Origin: an uncultured Candidatus Nitrosopelagicus sp.
GTDB taxonomy: Archaea > Thermoproteota > Nitrososphaeria > Nitrososphaerales > Nitrosopumilaceae
Direction of reading: 5' to 3'
DNA length: 45,892 nt
NCBI GenBank assembly: GCA_964497885.1
Contig: CAZCFF010000001.1
Span: 1,824-47,715 of the forward strand
Under the pieces are notes generated by a model. It searched no databases, was not told where the DNA came from, and was given only the letters and a program-made list of their open reading frames with translations. Positions 25,925 to 35,046 of this stretch are shown one piece after another. A program made the position numbers and the translations under genes. The stretch's first letter is position 1. Every line of letters begins with the position of its first letter.

Positions 25925-26983
25925 ATGACAATGAAAATAGGAATAGTAGGAGCGTCTGGATATGTTGGCGGAGAAGTAGTTCGGCTACTGTTAAGTCACC
26001 CTGAAGCTGAGGTTTCGATGGTTACATCAACGAAGCATGTTGGAGAATACCTTCATAGAATACATCCAAGCCTAAAGGGGTTTACTGAACTAACATTTTC
26101 AGAACTTGATTACGATAAAATGTCGGACAAATGTGATCTAGTTTTCACAGCAGTCCCACATGGAACTGCAACTGATATTGTAAAGGCGTTTTATGACAGA
26201 GGAATGAAAATTATTGATCTGAGTGCAGATTACAGGTTACATAATCCTGAAGACTATACAAAATGGTATGGTTGGGAACACCCACATCCTGATTACTTAT
26301 CAAAATCGGTATTTGGTGTTCCAGAACTTCATAGAGACAAAATTAAAAATGCACAATTAGTTTCTTGTCCTGGATGTATGGCAGTAACATCTACACTTGC
26401 ATTATATCCATTGATCAAAAATGATCTCATTGACGCAGACCACATAATTGTTGATTCAAAAATTGGTTCATCTGGTGCTGGGGCTGGAGGAACATCTGGT
26501 ACACAACACGCAATGAGAGCTGGAGTAATTCGGCCTTACAAACCTGCAAAGCATCGTCATACTGGTGAAATTGAACAAGAGCTTAGTGAAGCTGCTGGAA
26601 AAAAAATCAAAGTATCAATGAGTCCACATGCAGTTGATATAGTAAGAGGAATTCTTTGTACAAATCATACATTCTTGAAAAAGGAAGTTGATGAAAAGGA
26701 TCTTTGGAAAATTTATCGTGCTGAATTTGGTGAAGAGCAATTCATCAGACTAATTCGCGATAAAAAAGGCTTGTACAAGTTTCCTGATCCAAAGTTTGTG
26801 GTTGGTTCAAACTTTTGTGACATTGGATTTGATCTTGACGAAGACAATAATAGATTGATTGCACTTTCTGCATCTGACAATTTGATGAAAGGTGCAGCAG
26901 GATCTGCTATTCAAAACATGAACGTAATGTCAGGCTTTGATGAGAAGCAAGGAATTATGTATTCCCCATTAACACCAGTATAA
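25925..26983 (+). CDS. lysY: [LysW]-aminoadipate/glutamate phosphate reductase
   Basis: GASGYVG, DLSADYRL, PGC and DNLMKGAAG motifs. Confidence 0.93.
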   Translation: MTMKIGIVGASGYVGGEVVRLLLSHPEAEVSMVTSTKHVGEYLHRIHPSLKGFTELTFSELDYDKMSDKCDLVFTAVPHGTATDIVKAFYDRGMKIIDLSADYRLHNPEDYTKWYGWEHPHPDYLSKSVFGVPELHRDKIKNAQLVSCPGCMAVTSTLALYPLIKNDLIDADHIIVDSKIGSSGAGAGGTSGTQHAMRAGVIRPYKPAKHRHTGEIEQELSEAAGKKIKVSMSPHAVDIVRGILCTNHTFLKKEVDEKDLWKIYRAEFGEEQFIRLIRDKKGLYKFPDPKFVVGSNFCDIGFDLDEDNNRLIALSASDNLMKGAAGSAIQNMNVMSGFDEKQGIMYSPLTPV

Positions 26984-26986
26984 CAA

Positions 26987-27790
26987 ATGATTACAATCAA
27001 AATTGGGGGTAGCGTAGTTGACGATCTACACCCTTCAGTCGTAGCGGACATAAAAAAAGTAGTAGAGGAAGAGGGAGTTATACTGGTTCATGGTGGAGGA
27101 AAGGAGGTTACCAAAGTCACAGAACAATTAGGTAAGGAACCAAAATTTGTTGTTTCACCTAGTGGTGTAAAGAGTAGATATACTGACTTGGAAACTGCAG
27201 AAATTTTCACTATGGTAATGTCTGGAAGAATCAATAAAACAATTGTAAAAATGTTACAAAAAAATGGAATCAATGCGGTTGGTTTATCTGGAATAGATGG
27301 AAAAATAATTCAAGCAGATAGAAAGAAAAAACTCATGATTACGAATGAAAAAGGAAGAAAGCAGGCAATTGATGGCGGTTACACAGGTAAAATCACACAG
27401 ATTAATGCGTCTCTGATAACAACAATTCTTGATCAAGGTTATACACCTGTAATCTCTCCAGTAGCAATTAGTGAAGAAAATGATTTCCTTAACGTAGATG
27501 GTGATAGGGCAGCTGCAAATATTGCAGGTCACGTGAAATCTGATAAGGTTTTATTTCTTACAGATGTTGATGGGTTGTTAATGGATGAAAAATTGGTAGA
27601 TACTCTAACATTAGTGAAAGCAAAAGAAATTTTACCTCAAATTGGTTTCGGGATGCAGAAAAAAATACTTGCTGCAACTGAAGCATTAGAAATGGGCGTA
27701 AAAGAGGCATTAATTGCAAATGGACAAAGAGAAAACCCCATATCCTCTGCAATTCAACATCATACTTGTACAGTGATAAAAAATGAGTGA
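26987..27790 (+). CDS. lysZ: [LysW]-aminoadipate/glutamate kinase
   Basis: KIGGS, VHGGG, SRYTD and NVDGDRAA motifs. Confidence 0.93.
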   Translation: MITIKIGGSVVDDLHPSVVADIKKVVEEEGVILVHGGGKEVTKVTEQLGKEPKFVVSPSGVKSRYTDLETAEIFTMVMSGRINKTIVKMLQKNGINAVGLSGIDGKIIQADRKKKLMITNEKGRKQAIDGGYTGKITQINASLITTILDQGYTPVISPVAISEENDFLNVDGDRAAANIAGHVKSDKVLFLTDVDGLLMDEKLVDTLTLVKAKEILPQIGFGMQKKILAATEALEMGVKEALIANGQRENPISSAIQHHTCTVIKNE

Positions 27791-28958
27791 AGATCAGTAT
27801 TTAGGAAATCTTTACCAAAGGTTTCCTGTTGTTGTTGAAAAGGGATTGGGCTCACATGTGTGGGATTCAAACGGTAAAGACTACATTGACTGCATGGGTG
27901 GATATGGTGTTGCACTTGTTGGACATAGAAATGAACGTGTTGTAAATGCAATAAAATCTCAAATTGAAAAAATAATTACAGTTCATAGTTCATTGTACAG
28001 TAAAACTAGGGAAGAGTTTTTGGAACATTTGTTCAAAGTTGCACCTAAAGGATTAACACAGGTCCATCTGAACAATAGTGGTGCAGAATCAATAGAAGCT
28101 GCTATAAAATTTGCTAGAAAATTTACGGGAAAAAAGGGTATGGTTGCTATGAAAGGTTCTTACCATGGAAAATCAATGGGAGCACTATCTCTTACATTTA
28201 ATCCAAAATACAGGGAGTCATTCAAGCCTCTTGTTGACGGTGCAAAATTTTCAGCCTATGGTGACTTGGATGCATTAAGAAGCAGTATAGATAAGGATAC
28301 AGCCTTCGTAATCCTCGAACCAATTCAGGGAGAAAGTGGAATTCATGTTCCACCTGATGGATTCTTACAAGAAGTTAGAAAGATTTGTGATGAAAACGAT
28401 ATCCTTCTTATATTTGACGAAATACAGTCTGGATTGGGTAGAACAGGACGAATGTGGGCTTCAGAACATTGGGAAACAATACCAGATATAATGTGTTTAG
28501 CAAAAGGAATTGCTGGTGGAGTTCCTATGGGTGTTACATTAGTAAAACCAGACATCTTATCTGTTATGAAAAAAGGAGAACATTCATCAACATTTGGTGG
28601 TAATCCTTTATCATGTGCTGCTGGGACAGCAACTATACAAGCACTCACACAAGATAACCTACTAAAGAATGCAGAGGTAATGGGTAACAAACTCTTTCAA
28701 GGACTAATTGAATTGAAAAATAAACATAGTATTATCAGAGAGGTAAGAGGGAAAGGACTCATGATTGGGGCCGAACTAAAATTTGAAGTGAAGGATATAT
28801 TATTAGAAGGAATCAAAAATGGACTTTTATTATTATATTCTGGTAGAAACATTCTACGATTTCTTCCTCCATTGGTTATCTCGGATGAAGATGTTACAAA
28901 TACATTGCAAATATTAGATAAATTACTCACAAATGAAGAGGATAGAAAAAATGTATAG
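27783..28958 (+). CDS. lysJ: [LysW]-semialdehyde transaminase (class III PLP)
   Basis: NSGAE, EPIQGE, DEIQSG, AKG and STFGGNP motifs. Confidence 0.93.
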   Translation: MSEDQYLGNLYQRFPVVVEKGLGSHVWDSNGKDYIDCMGGYGVALVGHRNERVVNAIKSQIEKIITVHSSLYSKTREEFLEHLFKVAPKGLTQVHLNNSGAESIEAAIKFARKFTGKKGMVAMKGSYHGKSMGALSLTFNPKYRESFKPLVDGAKFSAYGDLDALRSSIDKDTAFVILEPIQGESGIHVPPDGFLQEVRKICDENDILLIFDEIQSGLGRTGRMWASEHWETIPDIMCLAKGIAGGVPMGVTLVKPDILSVMKKGEHSSTFGGNPLSCAAGTATIQALTQDNLLKNAEVMGNKLFQGLIELKNKHSIIREVRGKGLMIGAELKFEVKDILLEGIKNGLLLLYSGRNILRFLPPLVISDEDVTNTLQILDKLLTNEEDRKNV

Positions 28959-29367
28959 AGACAACACTGACGAAAAAATTTTAGAGTTTTTACGTGGTGA
29001 TTCAAGAAAATCATTTGTTGAAATTGGAAAGAAACTGAAACTTTCAGAATCCGCAGTTAGAAGACGAGTAAAAAATATGATTGACAATGGAGTAATCACT
29101 AAATTTACAATAGAGGAGGGTGGAGGTCAACCAGAGGCTCTTGTTTTAGTATCAGCTGACTCATCCATTGACACATCAAAAGTATCTTTAAAACTTACAA
29201 AACTTAATGGAATAAAAAAAATATATGAAATTACTGGTCAGTATGATATCTGCGTAATAGTACAAGCACCTACCATAAACGAGATTAATGCATGTATTGA
29301 TGACTTACGAAAAATTAGCGGTGTAACTGATACCAATACTGTGATAATTCTTAAAACAGTATCATAA
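28951..29367 (+). CDS. lysM: Lrp/AsnC-family regulator LysM
   Basis: HTH LSESAVRRRV and RAM-domain YEITGQYD. Located inside the lys cluster. Confidence 0.88.
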   Translation: MYRDNTDEKILEFLRGDSRKSFVEIGKKLKLSESAVRRRVKNMIDNGVITKFTIEEGGGQPEALVLVSADSSIDTSKVSLKLTKLNGIKKIYEITGQYDICVIVQAPTINEINACIDDLRKISGVTDTNTVIILKTVS

Positions 29368-29456
29368 ACGACAATCGTCATATTATTGCAAGCGTTAACT
29401 AATTTAGGATCAATTATTATCTAAAACAACGATTTTAGTACGATTATGTTTATATT
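29368..29456 (+). promoter_or_regulatory. Promoter of the lysine sub-operon with candidate LysM operators
   Basis: ACGA-CAA-TCGT palindrome at 29368-29378, CAACGATTTTAGTAC at 29427-29441, and TATA TTTATA at 29449-29454, about 30 bp before the ATG at 29483. Confidence 0.6.
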
Positions 29457-29482
29457 AATCCATAATTCTAACGAATATAGTT

Positions 29483-30676
29483 ATGAATGATCCGAATCAT
29501 TATGCAAAAGAATACAATGCTGTAGAGAAAGAACCAAAGCGAATAAGGGTATTAGACTCTACACTAAGAGAAGGTGAACAGCACCCAGGTGTTTCCTTCA
29601 CAAATAAGCAAAGAATACAGATTGCATGGATGTTGGATTATTTTGGGGTTGATCAAATTGAGATTTCTCCTATTATTTCTGATGATCATGCAGATGCAAC
29701 TAAAACAATCATCAAACAGGGATTGAGTGCTGATATTGTTGCACATGGTAGGGCATTAAAAGAAGATATTGATGTTTCATTAAAATGTGATGCGTCTTGG
29801 GTTGCTGCATATCTTGGGATTTCTGATATACATCTAAAAGATAAGCTAAGAATTTCTAGAGATGAGGCGATGAACAGAGCAGTAAAAACTGTTGAATATG
29901 CTAAAGATCATGGTCTGAAAATAAGATTCACAGTAGAAGATGGATGTAGAGCTGATCCTCAATTCCTAATTAAGGTGTGTAAGGCAATAGAAGAAGCCGG
30001 TGTGGATAGGATTAGTCTTCCTGATACTGTTGGAGTCTTACGACCTATAGGAATGTATAATTTTGTTAAAAAAGTTCGTTCTGAGGTTAATGTACCATTA
30101 GATGCACATGTTCATAATGATATTGGATTTGCGCTTGCAAATGCATTTGCTGCATGTGATGCTGGGGCTGATCAAATTCACACCACAATTGATGGTATTG
30201 GTGAAAGGACGGGAATTCCATCTCTTGCAGAAACTGCAGTAGCACTTGCCTACCTGTATAAATCACCAAATGATTTTAGGTTAGATATGCTGGTTGATCT
30301 TTCAAGATTAATTGAACAGTATACAACAATAAGACCATATGACTCGAAACCAATTGTTGGTGAATCAGCTTACAAACACAAAGCTGGAACACATTTGGCT
30401 GCAATTTTAAGAAATCCTGCTGCATATGAGCCAATTCCACCAAGAACTGTAGGCCAAACACGCAAAGCAGTTTTTGGAGAACTGGCTGGAAAAACTGGTG
30501 CGGAATATCTCATGTCAATCTTAGGATTAGAAAAGAATACCAAAAATGCAAAAAGTGTTGCAAATGGGTTAAAGAATCTCAGAATGGGTGATCTGATCGA
30601 AATTCCACTCGAAAATAATATAGAAAGAAAGATAATTAATGAAGAAAAGATGAGTAAAGGTGGAAAAAATGACTAA
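29483..30676 (+). CDS. Homocitrate synthase (LeuA/DRE-TIM family)
   Basis: DSTLREGEQ, HVHND, GIGERTG and HKAGTH motifs. Heads the lysW-lysX-lysK unit. Confidence 0.85.
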   Translation: MNDPNHYAKEYNAVEKEPKRIRVLDSTLREGEQHPGVSFTNKQRIQIAWMLDYFGVDQIEISPIISDDHADATKTIIKQGLSADIVAHGRALKEDIDVSLKCDASWVAAYLGISDIHLKDKLRISRDEAMNRAVKTVEYAKDHGLKIRFTVEDGCRADPQFLIKVCKAIEEAGVDRISLPDTVGVLRPIGMYNFVKKVRSEVNVPLDAHVHNDIGFALANAFAACDAGADQIHTTIDGIGERTGIPSLAETAVALAYLYKSPNDFRLDMLVDLSRLIEQYTTIRPYDSKPIVGESAYKHKAGTHLAAILRNPAAYEPIPPRTVGQTRKAVFGELAGKTGAEYLMSILGLEKNTKNAKSVANGLKNLRMGDLIEIPLENNIERKIINEEKMSKGGKND

Positions 30677-30836
30677 CTGTTCTGAATGTGATGCAGATTT
30701 GTCAATACCAAATGACGCAATTGAAGGAGAAATCGTAACATGCGCTGAGTGTGGGGCGAGTTTTGAGCTAGTAAAGGCTCCCAATGGATTTGAGTTAAAA
30801 CCAGCCCAAACTGTTGGAGAGGACTGGGGACAGTGA
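30669..30836 (+). CDS. lysW: Second LysW paralog ending in EDWGQ
   Basis: Hand translation MTNCSECDADLSIPNDAIEGEIVTCAECGASFELVKAPNGFELKPAQTVGEDWGQ*. Not in ORF track. Confidence 0.93.
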   Translation: MTNCSECDADLSIPNDAIEGEIVTCAECGASFELVKAPNGFELKPAQTVGEDWGQ

Positions 30837-31675
30837 CTAATATCACAATTCTTTATGATACAATACGTCTTGAAGAAAAATTATTGATTGAATCTGCAAA
30901 GAAAAATGATATAAAAATAGAGATGGTTGATTGTAAGAAATTGTTTATAGATCTGGACAAAAATTCACATAATATACAGACTGTTTTACAACGATGTGTT
31001 AGCTACTATCGTAATATTCACTCTACTGCTGCATTAGAAGGGCAAGGTGTAAAAGTTGTAAATTGTTTAAACACAGGTATTTTTGCAGGAAATAAACTCT
31101 TTACTCATATGCTATTAAAAAAGGCGGGAATTGAAACACCAAATGCAACTGTAGCTTTTTCGAAGGATGCAGCAATGGAAATGTTTGATGTGTGTGGGTT
31201 TCCAAAAATCATAAAACCAACTGTTGGTAGTTGGGGTAGGATGGTATCAAAAATCAATGATATGGACTCTGCAGATGGAATTATAGAAGGTAAAGAAGCT
31301 ATGCATCCAATTCATCACATACACTTTTTTGAAGAATTTGTACAACGTCCTCCAAGAGATATACGTGTAATTGTAATTGGTGACAGTGCTGTTGCTGCAA
31401 TTTATAGAAATTCAGCAGATGGTAACTGGAAAACTAATACACATCTTGGTGGTTCTGCTGAAACATGTAAGATTACTAATGAATTAGAAGATATATGTTT
31501 GAAAGCAAAAAATACAGTGTTTGGAGATATTGTTGGTGTGGATTTGATGGAAAGTGAAGAAAAAGGTCTTGTGGTTCATGAAATAAACAACACAACAGAA
31601 TTTAGAAATGTTGTTAGGGTGACAGGAATAGATGTTCCAAAATTAATGTTAGAGTATGTAAAGGGGTTAAAATAA
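30833..31675 (+). CDS. lysX: LysW-aminoadipate ligase LysX
   Basis: KPTVGSWGR, WKTNTHLGG and EINNTTEFRN motifs. Adjacent to homocitrate synthase. Substrate is inferred. Confidence 0.82.
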   Translation: MTNITILYDTIRLEEKLLIESAKKNDIKIEMVDCKKLFIDLDKNSHNIQTVLQRCVSYYRNIHSTAALEGQGVKVVNCLNTGIFAGNKLFTHMLLKKAGIETPNATVAFSKDAAMEMFDVCGFPKIIKPTVGSWGRMVSKINDMDSADGIIEGKEAMHPIHHIHFFEEFVQRPPRDIRVIVIGDSAVAAIYRNSADGNWKTNTHLGGSAETCKITNELEDICLKAKNTVFGDIVGVDLMESEEKGLVVHEINNTTEFRNVVRVTGIDVPKLMLEYVKGLK

Positions 31676-31676
31676 A

Positions 31677-32798
31677 ATGGATACTCATTTATTTTCTTCA
31701 AAATATGCTGTAAAGACACTTGAAAAAGCATTAAAAATTTACACTCCATCATTACATGAAAAAGCATTAGCTGATTTTCTTGCTGATAGATGTGACGATT
31801 TAGGATTTAGGGACATACATCAAGATGAAGTTGGAAATTTGATTGCTACGAAAGGTTCAGGTGAACCAAGAATTATGTTATGTGGTCATATGGATGTAGT
31901 TCCAGGAAGAATCAAAGTTAGGAAAGAGGGAGATTATTTATTTGGTAGAGGAGCATCCGATGCAAAATCTCCATTAATTGCAATGTTATTTGCAGCATCT
32001 AGTATACAAGAAAATGAAGGTACAGTTATTTTTGTAGGTGCAGTTGATGAAGAGGGTAACGCAACAGGAATTAAAAATCTTGTAAAAAATAAACCAGCGA
32101 TAGATTATGCTATTTTTGGTGAACCAAGCAGTGTACAGAAAGTAACTATAGCGTACAAGGGAAGGCTAGCAATAAATCTCAAAATCAGCGTTGAAAACAG
32201 TGCTCATGCTAGTGCACCTTGGCTAGCAAAAAATGCAATCGAAGAAACTGCAATCGTAGTTAAAGAGCTAAAAAATAATCTGGAAGATAACCAGGAAAAT
32301 AAAACAAAAGGAATGATGCTGACTGTAGCAATAACAGAAATTCGAGGTGGAACAAGTCATAATGTTACACCAAAGGAATGTGTTGCAACTATGGATATCA
32401 GAATCCCAGTAGATATGAACTGTAATGATGTGGAAGAAAAAATCACAACGAGTATAAATGAAATTTCTTCAAAACGTGGAATTGAGATTTTATATTCAGT
32501 TATTGATGAGACAGAACCATTTGAGGCTGCTCATAATTCACCCTTAGTTAGGGCTATCACACTTGCTGTATTGGATGTAGAACAAAAAAGACCTACATTA
32601 ATCAGAAAAACTGGAACTGGAGACATGAATGTAGTTGGTAATCAATTAAAAATCCCAGTTATTACATATGGACCTGGTGATCCTCATGAAGCACATACAG
32701 TTGATGAAAAAGTGTCTATAGAAGAATTCCTAAGCGGAATTGATATACTAAAAAAGACATTGTTTCATTTAAAAAGATTACATGGTAGAACTAAATAA
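31677..32798 (+). CDS. lysK: [LysW]-lysine/ornithine hydrolase (M20 family)
   Basis: GHMDVV, GRGASDAK, DEE, GEPS and YGPGD..AH motifs. Confidence 0.93.
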   Translation: MDTHLFSSKYAVKTLEKALKIYTPSLHEKALADFLADRCDDLGFRDIHQDEVGNLIATKGSGEPRIMLCGHMDVVPGRIKVRKEGDYLFGRGASDAKSPLIAMLFAASSIQENEGTVIFVGAVDEEGNATGIKNLVKNKPAIDYAIFGEPSSVQKVTIAYKGRLAINLKISVENSAHASAPWLAKNAIEETAIVVKELKNNLEDNQENKTKGMMLTVAITEIRGGTSHNVTPKECVATMDIRIPVDMNCNDVEEKITTSINEISSKRGIEILYSVIDETEPFEAAHNSPLVRAITLAVLDVEQKRPTLIRKTGTGDMNVVGNQLKIPVITYGPGDPHEAHTVDEKVSIEEFLSGIDILKKTLFHLKRLHGRTK

Positions 32799-33835
32799 TG
32801 CTGTGGTTTATTGGTCTTGGTATATCGGGAATTGAGTCAATATCTAATCAATCAATAAAAATTATTCAAGAAGCTGATTTAGTATATTTGGAATCATTTA
32901 CAAGTCCAATTTATGTGAAACATGAAGAAGATATTAAAAACTTGGTGAATGGTGAGTTCAAAATTGCCAAAAGATGGATGGTAGAAGATGGTAAGGAAAT
33001 ACTTAGTGCAGCAAAAGATTCTATTGTAGTTTTATTATCTTATGGGGATCCCTATATTGCTACAACACACATAGAACTAAGAACTAGAGCAAAATTAGAA
33101 AGTATAGAGACAAAAACAATTCATTCTGCCTCAGCGATAACTGCGATGATAGGAGAGATAGGATTACAATTCTATAAAATCGGAAAAATTGTAACCGTAA
33201 TGAGTGAAAAAAAATCTGTAACTACACCTTACACTACCATTTTTAAGAATCTTATAGAAGGATTACATTCTATCATATTATTAGAATATAATGAGGATCA
33301 GAATTTTTTCCTTGACCCAAAGACCGCTATTTTGAGCCTACTAGACGTTGAAAAAGAACAAAAAAGAAATGTTGTAAATGATGATACTTTTGCAATTATT
33401 GCTTCAAGAGTTGGAATACAAACACAAAAAATCATCTCCGGAAAATTCAGTGAATTACTCAAAATGGATTTTGGTGAACCACCACATAGTATTATTATTA
33501 CTGGAAAATTGCATTTTACTGAATCTGATGCTATAAATGCATTAACCAATTGTTTATCCAAGCCAATAGATAATTCAAATGGTATTAAGAACATCTCAAC
33601 ACAAATGATTGAAAGGTATGTTCCAATGGTTAGAGATGCATTAAATGAAATTAAACCATTTTATGATGATGCAAAAGAGTTTCAAGATGTACTTCAAAAT
33701 GCAGAACTTTACATTGACGATGCAGAAAATTTCCTGAAAGAAGGGAAGGATGAAAATGCAGTTTTGAGTATTGGTTATGCAGATGGTTTAGTGGATGCTC
33801 TAAGAATTGCGAAAGGTATAGATCCAAAAATGTAG
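32798..33835 (+). CDS. dph5: Diphthine synthase fused to a C-terminal DUF357-like domain
   Basis: FIGLG, ESFTS and GDPYIATTH motifs. C-terminal AELYIDDAENF..GYADGLVDALR. Confidence 0.9.
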   Translation: MLWFIGLGISGIESISNQSIKIIQEADLVYLESFTSPIYVKHEEDIKNLVNGEFKIAKRWMVEDGKEILSAAKDSIVVLLSYGDPYIATTHIELRTRAKLESIETKTIHSASAITAMIGEIGLQFYKIGKIVTVMSEKKSVTTPYTTIFKNLIEGLHSIILLEYNEDQNFFLDPKTAILSLLDVEKEQKRNVVNDDTFAIIASRVGIQTQKIISGKFSELLKMDFGEPPHSIIITGKLHFTESDAINALTNCLSKPIDNSNGIKNISTQMIERYVPMVRDALNEIKPFYDDAKEFQDVLQNAELYIDDAENFLKEGKDENAVLSIGYADGLVDALRIAKGIDPKM

Positions 33836-33878
33836 ATTATCGATGCGTTAAAAAGTAGTAAAATGAGTGAAAAGGTAA

Positions 33879-34349
33879 TTGGATTTTTCAGTAGAATTAA
33901 GGAATGATTGGGAAAAACGTGGACTAAAAATTGTGTTGGCTGGAGGAGTTTTTGATATTATTCATCCTGGTCATATACATACCCTTAATGCCGCAAAAGA
34001 TCTAGGCGATATCCTAGTGATAGTGATTGCTACTGACAAAACAGCCGTAAAAATGAAAAAAAGATTACCACTGCATAATCAAGAATTGAGATGTGAATTG
34101 GTGAGTTGTTTATCTATGGTTGATGCTGTAATTATCGGTAATGAAGATAATATCTTTGAGACTGTAAAACTAGTAAAACCTGATGTAATTGCGTTAGGAT
34201 ATGATCAAATCCATCAGGAAAAATTCATATCTGATGGATGTAAGCAAATTAACCTTGATATTGAAATAGCAAGATTGAAGTCACCCATTCCCGAATTATC
34301 AAGTTCGGATATTGAAAAAAAATATGGCGAAGATATCCATGATCTTTAG
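33879..34349 (+). CDS. ribL: Archaeal FAD synthetase (cytidylyltransferase fold)
   Basis: GGVFDIIHPGH and PDVIALGYDQ motifs. Convergent with ribK. Confidence 0.88.
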   Translation: MDFSVELRNDWEKRGLKIVLAGGVFDIIHPGHIHTLNAAKDLGDILVIVIATDKTAVKMKKRLPLHNQELRCELVSCLSMVDAVIIGNEDNIFETVKLVKPDVIALGYDQIHQEKFISDGCKQINLDIEIARLKSPIPELSSSDIEKKYGEDIHDL

Positions 34350-34353
34350 TTTA

Positions 34354-35040
34354 TTATTGATTAGGAATTAAAATTTTGATTGTAACTTTAGAACCGGTTT
34401 TTAGTTTAGCAGTTTTACGTAAATTATTTTTTGATACAAGTTCAATCACTGAATTATCATGATGTGTTCTTTCAAGACGGATTAATTCACATCTCACAGA
34501 ATTATTCAATTTGGCATGAAAACATTTTACCCATCCATACGTTCTCTTTCCATCAGAAAATGGGTCGATCATTATACTCTCTAGAATAACAAATTGTTCA
34601 ACTGCTTTGATATATTCTGGCTGATTTAATTTTACATTAAGTGTACCTGGAAATGGGATATAGCCAATTTTTGATTTGAATTGTTTTGTATATCCCTTTA
34701 ATGCCATATAGTATGCTCCCTCTCCCATTCCTGAAATTACTGTACCCTTTAATTCTAAAGATGATGCAGGTGTTTCTATATTAGCACGTAAAAGTAGATG
34801 TAGTTTCAGTAATTCAGCATATCCGTCTTGAGTAATTTTAACAGAAACTTTTCTTCCATGTACTACTCGTTCGATAAATCCATTCGTTTCTAATTCTAAA
34901 AGATGTTTTGAGGCAGATTGTTGGGATTTTTTTATATTTTTAGCAAGAGATGATGTAGTAATTTGTATGAAATTATATCGTGCCCCCTTAGACAGCAAGT
35001 GTGATAATGTAAGAATGTGTTGGATCTTTAGATCAGACAT
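34354..35040 (-). CDS. ribK: CTP-dependent riboflavin kinase with wHTH domain
   Basis: SQQSAS HTH. SGMGEGAYY, PFPGTLN and RTHH motifs. Confidence 0.93.
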   Translation of the reverse strand: MSDLKIQHILTLSHLLSKGARYNFIQITTSSLAKNIKKSQQSASKHLLELETNGFIERVVHGRKVSVKITQDGYAELLKLHLLLRANIETPASSLELKGTVISGMGEGAYYMALKGYTKQFKSKIGYIPFPGTLNVKLNQPEYIKAVEQFVILESIMIDPFSDGKRTYGWVKCFHAKLNNSVRCELIRLERTHHDNSVIELVSKNNLRKTAKLKTGSKVTIKILIPNQ

Positions 35041-35046
35041 AAAGAA

